A DNA stretch of 28,416 nt from a virus (lineage: Duplodnaviria; Heunggongvirae; Uroviricota; Caudoviricetes), in the IMG/VR virus record IMGVR_UViG_3300045988_053559, positions 1-28,416 of that record, one strand, 5' to 3'. Shown piece after piece: positions 27,441 through 28,416 of this stretch (positions are counted from its first letter, which is position 1; each line of letters starts with the position of its first letter). The position numbers and the translations under genes were made by a program. The notes below the pieces were generated by a model. That model was given only the letters and a program-made list of their open reading frames with translations, made no database searches and was not told where the DNA came from.

Positions 27441-27622
27441 TATTTACCTCCGCCGACAGACGACTGTGTACGGTCAAGATATCGCGCCACCAGCCACGAC
27501 CAGAACAGGCACAACGCCCCGGCAACAACAAACCCCGCCGGGGGATAAATCAGCCAGGCACCATACGCCAGCAAAAGCGCCCCCAGCACGCCCACCAGAG
27601 GCGCGAGAATCAGCATGATCAT
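27440..27622 (-). CDS. Small two-helix membrane protein of unknown function
   Basis: 60 aa, [49 protein letters not shown]..; translationally coupled to the portal (ATGA). Confidence 0.45.
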
Positions 27623-27633
27623 AATTACCTCAG

Positions 27634-28382
27634 TTAAAGCGAGCGGATCCCATAGGACTCAATGTGGTCAGACAGCGTGTCTTCTTTCTCGTACAGCATG
27701 GCTCTGCCAACCGCCATAATCAGCGCAACTGCACCATCGATTTTGTTTTCCGCCTGCTCTTTGACGGGCTTCACCACATCATCGTTACCCGGAATGGTTT
27801 TGCCGACCACGTTGCCGATACACCAGGTCATGATGGGATTGCCGTCATGATGAAAGCGCCCCGATTCAATTGCCGCTTCCAGCTCTTTCATCGGGTCGGA
27901 CATGTTGGTGTAGTTCTGAATGATAGTGATGGGGTTCAGGTCTTCATCAGCAAGGTCATGTGACAACCCGGTCGCCCCGAAGGGGTCGATGGGTGACTCA
28001 CTGACCGGGCTGATTTTGTTCGCCGCTTTGGCCTCCTCGAGGATGTAGCGATAATCCACCTCCGCACCATTGGTAACGGTCAGAACGCCCATTTCCACCC
28101 ATTTCTGAAAGCGTTCGGCTGTCCGTCGATCTTCATTTTTCTCGACGCTGTACACCGTGTCATACGGTACCCAGAAACGCGGGGCCACACTGTAGTAATG
28201 CGTTTTACCGTCAATCTCGCGGGTATAAAGTCGCGCCATGCTGTTCATATCCAGCTTACGCGCCAGGTCAAAGGCCAGAATGCACGGCTGCCCCTCGAAC
28301 TGCTCAAGGGTCAGTGATTTATCCTCGCAGCTCTGCCAGCTCACCAGGTTGAAATACGCCGAACGCGCCGACACCCAGATAT
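27634..28382 (-). CDS. Terminase large subunit, C-terminal nuclease part; 5' end lies beyond the contig end
   Basis: Frame open from stop 27634 up to the adapter junction; the track's start is an internal GTG; ..[27 protein letters not shown].. C-terminal motifs. Confidence 0.8.
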
Positions 28383-28416
28383 CTGTCTCTTATACACATC
28401 TCCGAGCCCACGAGAC
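28383..28416. other. Illumina Nextera adapter, reverse complement (CTGTCTCTTATACACATCT + CCGAGCCCACGAGAC); technical artefact
   Basis: Exact reverse complement of the adapter at 15-48. Confidence 0.9.

Noticed and set aside
1-28416. tRNA genes, CRISPR arrays, attachment sites or an integrase
   Set aside because: No cloverleaf-like or direct-repeat/spacer structure was seen, and both ends of the genomic sequence lie inside terminase genes, so prophage boundaries are outside this window.

Overview
This window is phage (prophage) late-gene DNA of enterobacterial type, bracketed by Illumina Nextera adapter sequence at both ends (1-48 and 28383-28416), so it is an untrimmed assembly contig. Left part (49 to about 11650, mostly + strand) is a P2-like module: 3'-truncated large terminase P on the minus strand, then O, N, M, L, X, a lysis cassette (holin, R21-like SAR endolysin, LysB/LysC spanins), R, S, V, W, J, I, tail fibre H and chaperone G. 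Right part (about 11620 to 28382, minus strand) is a second, complete myovirus morphogenesis module with an HK97-type head (5'-truncated large terminase, portal, protease, capsid) and a Mu-like tail and baseplate (sheath, tube, frameshifted chaperone, tape measure, gp43-48 homologues, tail fibre, chaperone). The two modules meet tail-to-tail in a roughly 1.87 kb tail-fibre cassette bounded by 18-bp perfect inverted repeats that look like hix/gix crossover sites of serine DNA invertases. No invertase gene, tRNA, CRISPR array or recognisable defence system is present; the invertible-cassette junction is the most unusual feature, and it may be biological or an assembly chimera. All protein assignments are from reading the translations against remembered phage families, not from database searches.
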